A DNA stretch of 44,532 nt from the sequence record SRR31156797_4184; one strand, written 5' to 3'. Below are positions 18,658-29,827 of this stretch, one piece after another; the stretch's first letter is position 1, and each line of letters begins with the position of its first letter. Made by a program: the position numbers and the translations under genes. The notes beneath the pieces are model-generated. The model saw only the letters and a list, made by a program, of their open reading frames with translations, did not search any database and had not been told where the DNA came from.

Positions 18658-21324
18658 ATGAGGGGTAACCAAAAATCAATCAACCAAATAGCAGCTTTTC
18701 TGTTTGCAGCCTGCATCGTTTTTCTGGGTAGTATCATAACACCCTGGAATGCAAATGCACAGGTAAACATTGGGGGCGAACTACCGGAGTTAAATTATGC
18801 GCAACCCAAGGAGTATGAAATAGGTGGTATTACTGTTTCCGGGGTGCAATACCTTGATAAAGGAGTCCTGATCATGATATCCGGGCTGAAAGTGGGAGAT
18901 AAAGTTGATGTGCCCGGCGATGATTTCAGAAAAGCCATCAAAAAGCTTTGGGACCAGGGCCTCTTTGCCTATGTAAATGTTTCTGCAACAAAGGTTGAAG
19001 GTGATCTCATTTTTCTGAACATTGAGTTGAGGGAACGTCCACGGCTGTCAAAATTTTCATTTAACGGTCTGAAAAAAGCTGAGGCCGACAACATTCGTGA
19101 TGAAATCCAAATTGTTAGGGGCGATGTGGTTACTGATAACCTTACCAAAACTGCCAGTAACAGAATCGTAAACTATTTTACAGCAAAAGGATATCTGGAT
19201 GCAGAAGTTGAAATCATTCAAACTCCGGATACCACGAGGGCAAATAGTGTAATCCTCACCTTTGACGTAAAAAAGAATGACCGGATTAAGATTTACGACA
19301 TTAATATTATTGGGAACAAAAACCTGACAGATCAAAAAGCACAACGGGCATTTAAAAACACCAAAGAAAAAGGCGCCTTTAAACCATTTGATGATGTAGA
19401 GCTTTTAATCTGGAATTCAATAAATGCCTCCTTAAAACTCAACTTCGATACAATCCCGAAAATTGCCAACAATTATATAAGCGACAATATCAAACTGCGG
19501 ATTTTCAAATCGTCAAAGTATATCGAAGATGATTTTCAGGAAGATAAACAAACATTAATCGATAAATACAATGCTCTGGGTTACAGGGATGCCGAAATTG
19601 TAAGCGATTCAATCTATCGTCATGATGAAAAAACCATAAACATCGATATTACGGTAAACGAAGGAAGCAGGTATTATTTTGGCGACATCAAATGGGTTGG
19701 CAACACAAAATACAATGATGAGTTCCTTAACTCCATTCTGAAGATCAGGAAAGGGGATATTTACAACAAAGAAGCCCTCAACACAAATCTGTCGTTCAAC
19801 CCGGTAGGACTGGATGTAAGCTCACTTTATCTGGATGACGGCTACCTGTTTTTCCAGGCGGTACCCATCGAAACCCGCGTGGAAAATGATACCATCGACC
19901 TGGAGATCAGGATCAGGGAAGGGAAACAGGCTCGCATCAATAAAGTATTGGTGAAGGGAAACACCAAAACCAACGACCGTGTTATTATTCGCGAACTGCG
20001 TTCGAGACCGGGTCAGCTTTTCAGCCGGAGTGATATCATCAGGACCACCCGTGAATTGGCCCAGCTTAAGTTTTTTAACCCCGAAACCATATCTCCGGAT
20101 ATTCAGCCCAACCCGGCTGAAGGCACCGTGGATATTATTTACTCCGTTGAAGAAACATCTGCCGACCAGATTGAACTTTCCGGGGGATGGGGTTATGGTC
20201 GTATCATCGGGACTTTGGGTTTGTCGTTCAACAACTTTTCGTTGCGAAATCTCTTCAATGGAAAAGCGTGGCGGCCAATACCTTCCGGCGACGGACAAAA
20301 ACTATCGTTGAGACTGCAATCCTACGGAAAAGGTTATATTAGCTACAGTGTGTCTTTCACTGAGCCCTGGCTTGGCGGTAAAAAGCCGAATGCCTTCAGT
20401 GTGTCATATTACCACTCCTTGTACAGCAATGGCCGGTCAAAAAATGATCCGCTGCGCTCATCTTTCACCATCGACGGGATTTCTTTCGGGCTCGGAAAAC
20501 GGCTCCGCTGGCCGGATGATTTTTTCAATTTGTATCAATCCATCAACCTGCAGATTTATAACCTGCGTAACTACACCACCATTTTCCCGGTGGGTGATGG
20601 AAATGGCCAGTACAACAATTTCAACTACAACATTGTATTGTCGCGAAATTCAATAGATGCCCCGATTTTCCCAAGGTCAGGTTCGGAAGTGTCTTTGAGC
20701 CTTGAGGTAACTCCACCCTATTCGGCGTTTAGCGATAAGGATTATGCTACTCTTCCCGAAAACGAAAAGTACAAGTGGATTGAATATCACAAATGGAAAG
20801 TTAAAGCCAACTTTTTTACCAAACTGATTGGCAACCTGGTGCTTAGCACCCGTACACAATTTGGATTTTTAGGCAAATATAATGACGTACTTGGGGTAAC
20901 GCCTTTCGAGAGGTTTTACCTGGGTGGTGACGGACTTTCGGGCTATAACAACCTGGATGGCCGCGAGCTCATTGGGATGCGCGGCTATGGTAACGAGACC
21001 ATTACACCGGATTACTACCGGAATTCAAATTTGGGCGGAACCATTTACAGCAAATACACATTCGAGTTCCGGTATCCGCTGTCTCTAAATCCTAACGCAA
21101 CGATTTATGCGCTTACATTCCTCGAAGCCGGTAATTCATGGGCCAATTTCGCCGATTTCAACCCATTTAAAGTTTATCGTTCAACAGGTTTCGGGCTGAG
21201 GGTATTCTTGCCGATGTTTGGTATTCTTGGCCTCGACTGGGGATATGGTTTCGACGATGTGCCGGGTATCCCAGGCGCAAATGGTGGTCAATTCCACTTC
21301 TCAATCAACCAGTCAATCGACTAG
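18658..21324 (+). CDS. bamA: Outer membrane protein assembly factor BamA
   Basis: Multiple POTRA repeats, barrel with ERFYLGGDG and MRGY motifs, C-terminal FHFSINQ; flanked by uppS and skp. Confidence 0.95.
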   Translation: MRGNQKSINQIAAFLFAACIVFLGSIITPWNANAQVNIGGELPELNYAQPKEYEIGGITVSGVQYLDKGVLIMISGLKVGDKVDVPGDDFRKAIKKLWDQGLFAYVNVSATKVEGDLIFLNIELRERPRLSKFSFNGLKKAEADNIRDEIQIVRGDVVTDNLTKTASNRIVNYFTAKGYLDAEVEIIQTPDTTRANSVILTFDVKKNDRIKIYDINIIGNKNLTDQKAQRAFKNTKEKGAFKPFDDVELLIWNSINASLKLNFDTIPKIANNYISDNIKLRIFKSSKYIEDDFQEDKQTLIDKYNALGYRDAEIVSDSIYRHDEKTINIDITVNEGSRYYFGDIKWVGNTKYNDEFLNSILKIRKGDIYNKEALNTNLSFNPVGLDVSSLYLDDGYLFFQAVPIETRVENDTIDLEIRIREGKQARINKVLVKGNTKTNDRVIIRELRSRPGQLFSRSDIIRTTRELAQLKFFNPETISPDIQPNPAEGTVDIIYSVEETSADQIELSGGWGYGRIIGTLGLSFNNFSLRNLFNGKAWRPIPSGDGQKLSLRLQSYGKGYISYSVSFTEPWLGGKKPNAFSVSYYHSLYSNGRSKNDPLRSSFTIDGISFGLGKRLRWPDDFFNLYQSINLQIYNLRNYTTIFPVGDGNGQYNNFNYNIVLSRNSIDAPIFPRSGSEVSLSLEVTPPYSAFSDKDYATLPENEKYKWIEYHKWKVKANFFTKLIGNLVLSTRTQFGFLGKYNDVLGVTPFERFYLGGDGLSGYNNLDGRELIGMRGYGNETITPDYYRNSNLGGTIYSKYTFEFRYPLSLNPNATIYALTFLEAGNSWANFADFNPFKVYRSTGFGLRVFLPMFGILGLDWGYGFDDVPGIPGANGGQFHFSINQSID

Positions 21325-21419
21325 CATGCACCAAAAATTTCACAATATTCATTTTTGGAACACAATTTGTTAAACTCTGCTTGAGTTTTTCAAGTAATAA
21401 AACAATGGAGGAATTTAAT

Positions 21420-21974
21420 ATGAAAAATAAAGCGTCATTTCTTACGATAACCGGGATGATGATCATGCTTTTCACAGCCTTTGCATTTAATAGTGCTGTT
21501 GCCCAAAAAATGGGTTATGTTGATACAGAATATATCCTGCAGAATATTCCCGAATACCAGGATGCACAAAATGAAATTGAGGAATATTCCAAGCAATGGC
21601 AGGAAGAAATTGAAGCAAAATACGGGGAAGTTGATAAAATGTACAAAGCTTACCAGGCAGACGCCGTATTACTTCCAGAAGATTTAAGGCAAAAACGTGA
21701 GCAGGAAATTGTGGACTTTGAACAGGAGATCAAAGAACTGCAAAAACAGTACTTTGGTACTGACGGAGAATTGTTCCAGAAACGCCAGGAACTGATCAAG
21801 CCCATCCAGGAAAAAATATTCAATGCCATCGAAGAAATTGCCAACACGAAAAATTATGGCTTTATTTTTGACAAAGCCAGTGGCCCTGTGATTATGTATG
21901 TGGATTCGAAATATGACATTAGCGATGATGTCCTTGATCAGATCGGCAGCATCATGGGAGTGCGGGGTAATTAA
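21420..21974 (+). CDS. skp: Skp/OmpH periplasmic chaperone 1
   Basis: AQKMGYVDTEYIL, FGTDGELFQKRQELIKPIQ, YGFIFDK, YDISDDVL. Start uncertain (21405 or 21420). Confidence 0.9.
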   Translation: MKNKASFLTITGMMIMLFTAFAFNSAVAQKMGYVDTEYILQNIPEYQDAQNEIEEYSKQWQEEIEAKYGEVDKMYKAYQADAVLLPEDLRQKREQEIVDFEQEIKELQKQYFGTDGELFQKRQELIKPIQEKIFNAIEEIANTKNYGFIFDKASGPVIMYVDSKYDISDDVLDQIGSIMGVRGN

Positions 21975-22053
21975 CCTGTAATTGCCTAAACTTAAATCCG
22001 GTATAAATTAAAAACCATATTAAAATAATTTACACATTATCGGCGAAATAGTA

Positions 22054-22061
22054 TATTTTTG
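22054..22061 (+). promoter_or_regulatory. -7 promoter element for the second skp
   Basis: TATTTTTG followed by ccgac. Confidence 0.55.
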
Positions 22062-22101
22062 CCGACTCAAAAGAGTAATAAAATCACTTAAAATATTGAC
22101 A

Positions 22102-22614
22102 ATGAAAAGAATAAGTAAAGTATTTGTTGTAGTTATTATCATGTTGCTGGGCTTTACATCAACAGATGTAAATGCTCAGAAAATTGGCCATATCAATTTC
22201 CCCGAACTCATCCAGATGATGCCTGGCCAGGATTCGATAAATGCCGCATATGAAACTTATGCAAAGGGTTTGGATAATCAACTTTCCACCATGCAGGCTG
22301 AGCTTGAGAACAAACAAATGGAATATGAAGCCAACCAGGCTACCATGTCAAATATCATCAGACAAACCAAAGAAAAAGAGTTGAGCGACCTCTACAATCG
22401 TCTTGTTGAATTTAATCAAACTGCTCAGCAGGATCTTACAAATTATGAGAGCCAGTTACTGGAACCCCTGATCACGAAAGCAAGAGGTGCAATTGATGAA
22501 GTAGCCAATGAAGAAGGTTATTCATATGTGCTCAATACAGCACAGGGTATGGTATTATTTTTTGATAATGGTGACGATTTGATGCCAAAGGTAAAAGCCA
22601 AGCTTGGATTATAA
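22102..22614 (+). CDS. skp: Skp/OmpH periplasmic chaperone 2
   Basis: AQKIGHIN..ELIQMMP, AIDEVANEEGYSYVL, DLMPKVKAKLGL. Confidence 0.9.
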   Translation: MKRISKVFVVVIIMLLGFTSTDVNAQKIGHINFPELIQMMPGQDSINAAYETYAKGLDNQLSTMQAELENKQMEYEANQATMSNIIRQTKEKELSDLYNRLVEFNQTAQQDLTNYESQLLEPLITKARGAIDEVANEEGYSYVLNTAQGMVLFFDNGDDLMPKVKAKLGL

Positions 22615-22637
22615 TCCATCACCTAATAAAAATATTT

Positions 22638-22668
22638 AAAAGCCTTCAGGATGCCTGAGGGCTTTTTT
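22638..22668. terminator. Bidirectional intrinsic terminator
   Basis: aaaagccttcagg-atg-cctgagggctttttt between convergent skp and hydrolase genes. Confidence 0.85.
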
Positions 22669-23461
22669 ATTTGGCTTTTCCAATGAAACCACGAAGCATT
22701 TCAAGCGTTTCACCCTGGGCTTCTATAAATCCCATATGGCCCACATTTCCCAGGATCAGCACTTCGGAATGGGCCGGCAGGATGGCCTGAGCCATAACGT
22801 TTTGCACAGGGATCCGTTTATCCTCTTTTCCTGCGATAAATAATACAGGGACCTTTGCATTTAGTAAAAGTTCAATTTTACCTGAACGGTCACGCATGGC
22901 TTCGAGTGCGGAAATGATACCTTGAGGGGGAGTGTCAGCAGCACTTTTTTGCAATAATTCAATTTCATCTTCAAACCGAACGGCATTTTCATCAGTAAAT
23001 AAATCCGGGATGAATTCTTTGATAAAACCGGCTTTGTCAAGCTTAACGATGTTGATTGTTCTGCGGCGGTTTTCACGGGCTTCCTCGGTATCTGCCGAGG
23101 CATGTGAATGGAACAATGTAAATCCCTTTATCATACCGGGATATCGCTCAGCAAATTCAAGAGTAACATAACCCCCCATCGAATGGCCAACCATCACACA
23201 CGATTCAATTTTCAGGTGATCAAGCACTGCCTTAACCCAACCCGCCATAATTTCCATGGAAAGATGCTGGTTGAAAACTTCTGATTTTCCATGTCCGGGA
23301 AGGTCAATGCGGATTACCCGGAAATCTTTGCAAAGCTTCCTGGCAAAATGATCCCACATCTCAAGGGATTCGAGGAAACCGTGTAGTAACACCACCACCT
23401 GGCCGGTGCCCTGTTCATCAAAATGAACTTTTGCTGAATCGTACTCAATGAATTGCATCAT
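22667..23461 (-). CDS. Alpha/beta-fold hydrolase
   Basis: LLHGF, DLPGHG, nucleophile GHSMGG, Asp in GKED, His in VGHMG. Confidence 0.92.
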   Translation of the reverse strand: MMQFIEYDSAKVHFDEQGTGQVVVLLHGFLESLEMWDHFARKLCKDFRVIRIDLPGHGKSEVFNQHLSMEIMAGWVKAVLDHLKIESCVMVGHSMGGYVTLEFAERYPGMIKGFTLFHSHASADTEEARENRRRTINIVKLDKAGFIKEFIPDLFTDENAVRFEDEIELLQKSAADTPPQGIISALEAMRDRSGKIELLLNAKVPVLFIAGKEDKRIPVQNVMAQAILPAHSEVLILGNVGHMGFIEAQGETLEMLRGFIGKAK

Positions 23462-23601
23462 AGCTCATGATTTGAAAATTATGGGTGGATAAACGTTTTA
23501 TCAACGGAATCGTTCAATGAATGTTTCTTGTATCCCAAATTTAGTTGCTAACGTGATGATTCAGCATCCAATACAAAGTCAACACTAAAGTTCAATTGAA
23601 A

Positions 23602-24888
23602 TTATTTCATGAGTTCTTCAATGTCGTCAATTTCACGTGGAATATGTGCTGAAAGGTCCATTGGGCCTTGCTCAGTAATCAGAATGTTGTTTTCAATCCT
23701 GATGCCGGTGTTTTCTTCCCGAACATAAATTCCGGGCTCGCAGGTAAACACCATTCCCGGCTCAAAGGTCTTGTGTTTATCAAAAACATCATGCACATCC
23801 AGGCCAAGATGGTGGGCTGTTCCATGCATGAAATATTTTTTCACCAGCGGTTTCTCCGGATCCTGGTTTCTCACCTCGCTTTCGTTAAGCAATCCAATGC
23901 TTATGAGTTCCTGCTCCATAAAGCCGGCAACAAGCTGGTTGTGTTTTTTCAGGGTAGTTCCCGGCACCAGTTGTGCAATGGCTTTTTTCTGAACCCGCAA
24001 CACAAGGTTGTAGAGATCACGCTGCCGTCTGCTGAATGTGCCATTCACAGGGAAGGTTCTGGAGATGTCGGACGCATAATGCCCATGTTCAGCACCAAAA
24101 TCGCATAAAATGAGATCACCGTTTCTGCACACCATGTTGTTATCTGTGTAATGCAGCACACAAGCATTTTTACCGGATGCAACAATCGGGGCGTATGCTG
24201 GCCCCTGCGCACCATGTATGGCAAATTCGTGCTCCATTTCGGCCTGTATCTGAAATTCATTTATGCCTGGTTTGGTAAACTGCAGCATACGTTTAAAAGC
24301 TTTCCCGGTAATACCTATTGCTTCCTGTATTTGATGAATCTCATCCTTCTGTTTTATCATGCGTAAACTGGTTAAAACAGGTGCTGCTCTTTCAATTTGG
24401 TGAGCCGGATACTGATCTTTGACTTTTTGGGCAAACCGTAAAGCCCGGGAAGGCACATCTGATTTATATTTTGGATATTCATACCCGTTGAGGTAAACAC
24501 ATTGGCTCCATATCATCAATTCGTCGAAAGCAGCCTTAAAACCCGCCAGCCACTGAACGTTGTCAATTCCAGATATTTCGGAGGCTTCTTTTTTGGAATA
24601 TTTATGTCCTTCCCATAATGCAATCTTTGCGTTGGTTTCGATCAGGAACAGGATTACGCGCATGTTTGGTTCCGGATGATCGGGAGCAAGGATCAGGATA
24701 CTCTCCTCCTGATCGATCCCGGTCAGGTATAGAAAGTCAGAATTTTGTCTGAAAGGAAAAAACTGATCACCATTCCGCGGCATCTTGTCATTTGAATGAA
24801 AAACGGCAATACTTTTTGGTTTGAGGTGTGACGTAAACCGTTTGCGATTTCCTGCATAAAATGTATTGTTTGGACGGTTCATATTCAA
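23602..24888 (-). CDS. Xaa-Pro aminopeptidase (M24B)
   Basis: FRQNSDFLYLTG, VLHY, DFGAE..YASDISRT, HGTAHHLGLDVH, TCEPGIY, GIRIEN. Confidence 0.93.
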   Translation of the reverse strand: MNMNRPNNTFYAGNRKRFTSHLKPKSIAVFHSNDKMPRNGDQFFPFRQNSDFLYLTGIDQEESILILAPDHPEPNMRVILFLIETNAKIALWEGHKYSKKEASEISGIDNVQWLAGFKAAFDELMIWSQCVYLNGYEYPKYKSDVPSRALRFAQKVKDQYPAHQIERAAPVLTSLRMIKQKDEIHQIQEAIGITGKAFKRMLQFTKPGINEFQIQAEMEHEFAIHGAQGPAYAPIVASGKNACVLHYTDNNMVCRNGDLILCDFGAEHGHYASDISRTFPVNGTFSRRQRDLYNLVLRVQKKAIAQLVPGTTLKKHNQLVAGFMEQELISIGLLNESEVRNQDPEKPLVKKYFMHGTAHHLGLDVHDVFDKHKTFEPGMVFTCEPGIYVREENTGIRIENNILITEQGPMDLSAHIPREIDDIEELMK

Positions 24889-25062
24889 TCAGGCTGGATT
24901 TAATTTATACACAATAAAAATAAGAATAGCATTAAGTATTTAGAATGATTTCTAATGATATCTAAGGAATTAAACCCTAAATTTGCTCAATACATTACAA
25001 ATGAAGATATTTTTAACTATTGTAATATAATCTTTTCCAAAAAAATTGAAAATCTAAAATTT

Positions 25063-25767
25063 ATGAGCACATCTACATTAAGGTACTCCTCCATCACCAA
25101 AAAAGTGATTATGGCGCTGGCGGGATTGTTCCTGATTACCTTTCTGTTTGTTCATCTGGGTTTAAACCTAACGGTTTTGATCCCCGGTGGTGAAGAAACC
25201 CAGGACAGGGAAATTTTTAACAGGGCAGCGCATTTTATGGGGACATTTCCCCTGATTAAGATTTTTGAAGTGGTTTTGTTCGGTGGATTTATCATCCACA
25301 TTTTATATGGACTGATCCTTCAGATTAAGAACTGGATGGCACGGCCGACCCGCTATAAAATTGAGGGCTGGTCGCACACATCGCCATTTTCAAAGTTTAT
25401 GATCCACACCGGGATTTTGATTTTTATTTTCCTGGTTATACACCTGATGGATTTTTACATCAAGGCAAAATTCCTGGGAGACGTTCCCGAAGCGATTTAT
25501 GATGGAGAGCATTTCCACGATTTGGGCGCAATGATTATCATCAAATTCAAAAATATTGGATTTGTGATTGGATATATCGTGGCGTTTATTTTGCTTGCTT
25601 TCCATCTTCATCATGCATTCCAGTCGGGATTCCAGTCGCTGGGCCTCAACCACAGTAAATACACCCCTTTTATCAAGGGTTTGAGCGCTGTTGTATCAAT
25701 TGTTCTGGCAGTTGGATTTACCATCATCCCGCTGATTATTTATTTCAATTCAAGTTATTCAGTTTAA
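25063..25767 (+). CDS. sdhC: Succinate dehydrogenase/fumarate reductase cytochrome b subunit
   Basis: SSITKKVIMALAGLFL; five TM helices with His ligands; HAFQSGFQSLG. Start refined to ATG 25063. Confidence 0.92.
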   Translation: MSTSTLRYSSITKKVIMALAGLFLITFLFVHLGLNLTVLIPGGEETQDREIFNRAAHFMGTFPLIKIFEVVLFGGFIIHILYGLILQIKNWMARPTRYKIEGWSHTSPFSKFMIHTGILIFIFLVIHLMDFYIKAKFLGDVPEAIYDGEHFHDLGAMIIIKFKNIGFVIGYIVAFILLAFHLHHAFQSGFQSLGLNHSKYTPFIKGLSAVVSIVLAVGFTIIPLIIYFNSSYSV

Positions 25768-25781
25768 GCTACAGATAAACT

Positions 25782-27725
25782 ATGGTTAAATTAGATGCTA
25801 AGATTCCTGAAGGCCCTTTGGCCGAAAAATGGACAAATTATAAAGATGCGCAAAAGCTGGTAAACCCGGCCAACAAGCGCAAGCTCGAAATCATTGTTGT
25901 AGGTACCGGCCTGGCAGGTGCAGCTGCCGCAGCCAGTTTTGGTGAGCTGGGATTTAAAGTGAAAGTTTTCGGAATCCACGACAGCCCGCGCCGTGCACAC
26001 AGTATTGCAGCACAGGGTGGTATCAATGCTACCAAAAACTACCCGAATGATGGTGACTCGGTTTACCGCCTGTTTTATGATACCATCAAGGGTGGCGATT
26101 ACCGTTCACGCGAAGCCAATGTTTACCGGTTGGCAGAGGTAAGTTCCGAAATTATCGATCAGTGCGTGGCCCAGGGAGTTCCCTTTGCGCGTGAGTACAG
26201 TGGATACCTCGACAACCGATCATTTGGCGGTGCGCTCGTTTCACGTACATTCTATGCCCGCGGGCAAACCGGTCAGCAGCTTTTGCTCGGTGCTTATGGT
26301 GCCCTGAGTAAAGAGATCCACAATGGAAGCTGTAAAATGGAAACCATGCAGGAAGTGCTCGATATTGTGATTGTGGATGGCCGTGCCCGTGGCGTTATAA
26401 CCCGCCATAGCATCACAGGCGAAATCCAACGTCATTCAGGGCATGCAGTTGTTTTAGCAACCGGTGGATATGGAAATGTATTTTTCCTTTCAACCAATGC
26501 CATGAATTCAAACGGCAGCGCAGCATGGAGAGCCCATAAAAAAGGTGCTTTGTTCGGAAACCCATCCTTCACACAAATTCACCCAACCTGTATTCCGGTT
26601 CACGGTGATTATCAATCCAAGCTAACACTGATGAGTGAAAGCCTCCGCAATGACGGACGGATTTGGGTACCCAAGAAAAAAGAGGACGCAGAAAAAATTC
26701 AGAAAGGCGAACTGAAACCCACACAAATTGCTGAGGAAGACCGCGACTATTACCTCGAGCGCAGGTATCCGGCCTTTGGTAACCTTGTACCTCGTGACGT
26801 GGCTTCAAGGGCGGCCAAAGAGCGGTGTGACGCAGGTCATGGCGTTGGAAGCACCGGACTGGCTGTTTATCTCGATTTTGCAGATGCCATCAAACGCCTG
26901 GGCCGCAATGTGATAGAAGCCCGTTATGGTAACCTTTTCCAGATCTACGAAAAAATTGTCGACGACAATCCATACGAAACGCCGATGATGATCTACCCGG
27001 CAGTTCACTATACCATGGGCGGGCTTTGGGTAGATTACGAACTTCAAACCACCATTCCGGGCCTGTTTGCTGCAGGTGAAGCCAACTTCTCGGATCACGG
27101 TGCTAACCGCCTCGGAGCTTCTGCCCTGATGCAGGGTTTGAGCGATGGATATTTTGTGATCCCTTACACCATCCAGAACTACCTTGCCGACCAGATCAAT
27201 GTTCCTTTCTTCAAAACAGATTCACCCGAGTTCGACGAATCTGAAAAGAAAGTGCGGGCTGAACTGGATAAACTGCTTAGCATAAAAGGCAACCAGACCG
27301 TGGATACCTTCCACAAAAAACTCGGACACATCATGTGGGATCATGTGGGTATGGCCAGGAACAAAGAAGGCCTGGAGAAAGCCATAAAGATGATCCAGGA
27401 GCTGAGGAAAGAATTCTGGCAGGATGTGAAAATCCCCGGAGGTATTGATGGTAAAAACATGGAGCTTGAAAAAGCATGGCGTGTGGCAGATTATATGGAG
27501 CTTGGTGAACTGATGGCCCGTGATGCTCTGGACCGTGAGGAATCATGTGGCGGACACTTCCGTGAAGAGCACCAAACTCCTGAAGGCGAGGCGCTGCGTC
27601 ATGATGACAAATACACACATGTTTCGGTATGGGAATATAAAGGTGAAGATACGGAGCCTGACCTGCACATGGAGGAGCTCAATTATGAATTCATCGAAGT
27701 TAAAACAAGAAATTACAAAGAATAA
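25782..27725 (+). CDS. sdhA: Succinate dehydrogenase/fumarate reductase flavoprotein subunit
   Basis: [18 protein letters not shown] (covalent-FAD His), [26 protein letters not shown]. Confidence 0.97.
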   Translation: MVKLDAKIPEGPLAEKWTNYKDAQKLVNPANKRKLEIIVVGTGLAGAAAAASFGELGFKVKVFGIHDSPRRAHSIAAQGGINATKNYPNDGDSVYRLFYDTIKGGDYRSREANVYRLAEVSSEIIDQCVAQGVPFAREYSGYLDNRSFGGALVSRTFYARGQTGQQLLLGAYGALSKEIHNGSCKMETMQEVLDIVIVDGRARGVITRHSITGEIQRHSGHAVVLATGGYGNVFFLSTNAMNSNGSAAWRAHKKGALFGNPSFTQIHPTCIPVHGDYQSKLTLMSESLRNDGRIWVPKKKEDAEKIQKGELKPTQIAEEDRDYYLERRYPAFGNLVPRDVASRAAKERCDAGHGVGSTGLAVYLDFADAIKRLGRNVIEARYGNLFQIYEKIVDDNPYETPMMIYPAVHYTMGGLWVDYELQTTIPGLFAAGEANFSDHGANRLGASALMQGLSDGYFVIPYTIQNYLADQINVPFFKTDSPEFDESEKKVRAELDKLLSIKGNQTVDTFHKKLGHIMWDHVGMARNKEGLEKAIKMIQELRKEFWQDVKIPGGIDGKNMELEKAWRVADYMELGELMARDALDREESCGGHFREEHQTPEGEALRHDDKYTHVSVWEYKGEDTEPDLHMEELNYEFIEVKTRNYKE

Positions 27726-27737
27726 AACATCATAGCT

Positions 27738-28496
27738 ATGGATTTTAATGTAAAAATCTGGCGTCAAAAAGATTCCAAATCCAAAGGAAAATTTGAGACC
27801 TATGCAGTTAAAGATATATCCGAAGACGCATCATTTCTGGAGATGCTCGACATATTAAACGAAGAACTGGTAACAAAAGGCGAGATGCCGGTGAATTTTG
27901 AAAACGATTGCCGGGAAGGGATTTGCGGTACATGTGGCCTGTATGTAAATGGCCGTCCGCATGGCCCGGATACCGGGATCACCATTTGCCAGATCCACAT
28001 GCGTAAGTTCAGGGGTGTTGGTACCATTGTGATAGAGCCCTGGCGCTCCAAAGCATTCCCTGTACTCACCGACCTGATTGTGGATCGCTCTTCTTTCGAC
28101 CGCATTATTCAATCCGGTGGTTATGTTTCGGTTTCTTCCGGCGGTGTGCCCGATGCCAATGCCATCCCCATCCCGAAACCCAAAGCGGATGAAGCCATGG
28201 ATGCCGCCGCCTGTATCGGGTGCGGAGCATGTGTTGCTTCCTGCAAAAATGCTTCGGCCATGTTGTTTGTGTCAGCTAAGATTGCTCAGTTGGCATTGTT
28301 GCCTCAAGGCCAAATTGAAGCCAAGCGGCGTGTTCAAAAAATGGTGAAGCAAATGGATAACGAAGGTTTCGGTAATTGCACCAACACGGGGGCTTGCGAA
28401 GCCGAGTGCCCCAAAGAGATCACGCTGGTGAACATTGCGAGGTTGAACCGCGAATTCATTGGTGCTAAGCTGGGCGCTCAGAAAATGGCGATTTAA
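27738..28496 (+). CDS. sdhB: Succinate dehydrogenase/fumarate reductase iron-sulfur subunit
   Basis: [20 protein letters not shown] and [12 protein letters not shown] Fe-S motifs. Confidence 0.97.
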   Translation: MDFNVKIWRQKDSKSKGKFETYAVKDISEDASFLEMLDILNEELVTKGEMPVNFENDCREGICGTCGLYVNGRPHGPDTGITICQIHMRKFRGVGTIVIEPWRSKAFPVLTDLIVDRSSFDRIIQSGGYVSVSSGGVPDANAIPIPKPKADEAMDAAACIGCGACVASCKNASAMLFVSAKIAQLALLPQGQIEAKRRVQKMVKQMDNEGFGNCTNTGACEAECPKEITLVNIARLNREFIGAKLGAQKMAI

Positions 28497-28599
28497 ACTT
28501 GGTCACCACATGAGTCTGCAAAAGGCAGTTGAATCAAACCGTCAAAAGTTCATTCTTCTGCTAACAAGTATTCAAGGAGTGACATTCCAATAATTCAAT

Positions 28600-28634
28600 A
28601 CCGGCTTTGAGCAATCAGGGCCGGTTTTTCTTTT
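28600..28634 (+). terminator. Intrinsic terminator after sdhCAB
   Basis: accggctttga-gcaa-tcagggccggt followed by ttttctttt. Confidence 0.8.
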
Positions 28635-28660
28635 CCCTGTTCTTAAGGAAAGGCAGTTTT

Positions 28661-28863
28661 ATATTTCGATGTCCCTGCCTCGTCCGGCAAGGCGGGCTGC
28701 AATTCTAAATGAGCTACAGCGTAGCGATATATTGGTAGGAATGTCAGCATAGTTATTAAGGCAAGGTGCGGAGCACCGCAATATTCTCATGAATTTTTTT
28801 GGAATAAATGTTCACCTGGGAAATAGCTTATGGATTCTCTTTGCGCCTTCCCGCCTCTGCGGT
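28661..28863. repeat. Cluster of REP-like palindromic elements
   Basis: GC-rich hairpins cctgcct..aggcggg (28674-28696), gctacagcgtagc and ggtgcggagcacc (within 28764-28785), plus ctttgcgccttcccgcctctgcgg, in an AT-rich intergenic region. Confidence 0.55.
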
Positions 28864-28870
28864 ATCAATT

Positions 28871-29827
28871 TTACTCCACCACAAAATTACATCTCCCCTG
28901 CATCCTGCCATTGTTTTGAATTGTAGCAAAATAAATTCCTGCCGGCCAGGCACTCACATGGATGGTTTCAACGGAATTTTGATTTGAACCGATCAATTCA
29001 GTGTAAACCACTTTGCCTGTGAAATCGATGATTTGGAGCAGAAATTCTTCCTTTTGGGTTTCGGTTTCAAATTGCAGATAAACATATTCGCTGGCCGGAA
29101 CGGGGTAAATTGTCAAAGCCTGATTGCTTTGATAGATGTTGTTTGGTTTAGGTATTCCTACGGTCAGGCAGGTGTCGGAGGGCAGGATACAATCGGAAAG
29201 GGAATTGAATGGGAAAATCTGTGATTCTCCAATTGTGTAACAAAACAGATCTTCCCAATATTCACTTACCGGGAAAAAAGGCGTCAAAATACCATTTAAA
29301 CTTCCAATACCTTCAACCACTATTGACCCATCTTCGATATGCCACCTTCTTCTTTCCCCGCCGGCATAATCTGTTATCGTATCCATAGCGCTTACTAATA
29401 ATGGGGAAAAGTCTTTGCTGTAATAACTGTCTTCCGGAACAGTGTCACCTACTCCAATTGAAAAATCGAAATACAGGATTTCTTCCATTTCACCGCCTTC
29501 AATAATCCATACTTTCTGATCCTCCGCATTTTCGCGCATAGCGCAAAAGTATGTTGACCAGTATATGGTATCCTGGCACGATATGTTGATACCAGCCATA
29601 TACACCTTATGGTACATCTGATTATTTATCAAAGTGTCTCCGGAAATACTTCCCTGCCTTGCCATGTGGTAACCAAAAGGGCTTGGTGGAAAAGTAGTAG
29701 CACCCATAGTCTCTATCCATTTTGCTCCTTCATTGAGCATGGGAATGTAATCGCGGTTCTGGGCAGAAGAGAAGTTGAAGAGTGAGATCAGGAGTGCGAT
29801 GAGGTAGAGGCGGTAAGTCTTTTTCAT
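28871..29827 (-). CDS. Secreted protein with T9SS type A C-terminal sorting domain
   Basis: Signal peptide; GDTLIN..YHK, LYFDF..GDT, VEGIGS; CTD TIYPVPA...IIDFTGK...WPAGIYF...FVVE. Confidence 0.85.
   Translation of the reverse strand: MKKTYRLYLIALLISLFNFSSAQNRDYIPMLNEGAKWIETMGATTFPPSPFGYHMARQGSISGDTLINNQMYHKVYMAGINISCQDTIYWSTYFCAMRENAEDQKVWIIEGGEMEEILYFDFSIGVGDTVPEDSYYSKDFSPLLVSAMDTITDYAGGERRRWHIEDGSIVVEGIGSLNGILTPFFPVSEYWEDLFCYTIGESQIFPFNSLSDCILPSDTCLTVGIPKPNNIYQSNQALTIYPVPASEYVYLQFETETQKEEFLLQIIDFTGKVVYTELIGSNQNSVETIHVSAWPAGIYFATIQNNGRMQGRCNFVVE

Noticed and set aside
24955-25062. Upstream extension of the sdhC ORF
   Set aside because: AT-rich promoter-like sequence; the homologous-looking protein begins at ATG 25063.
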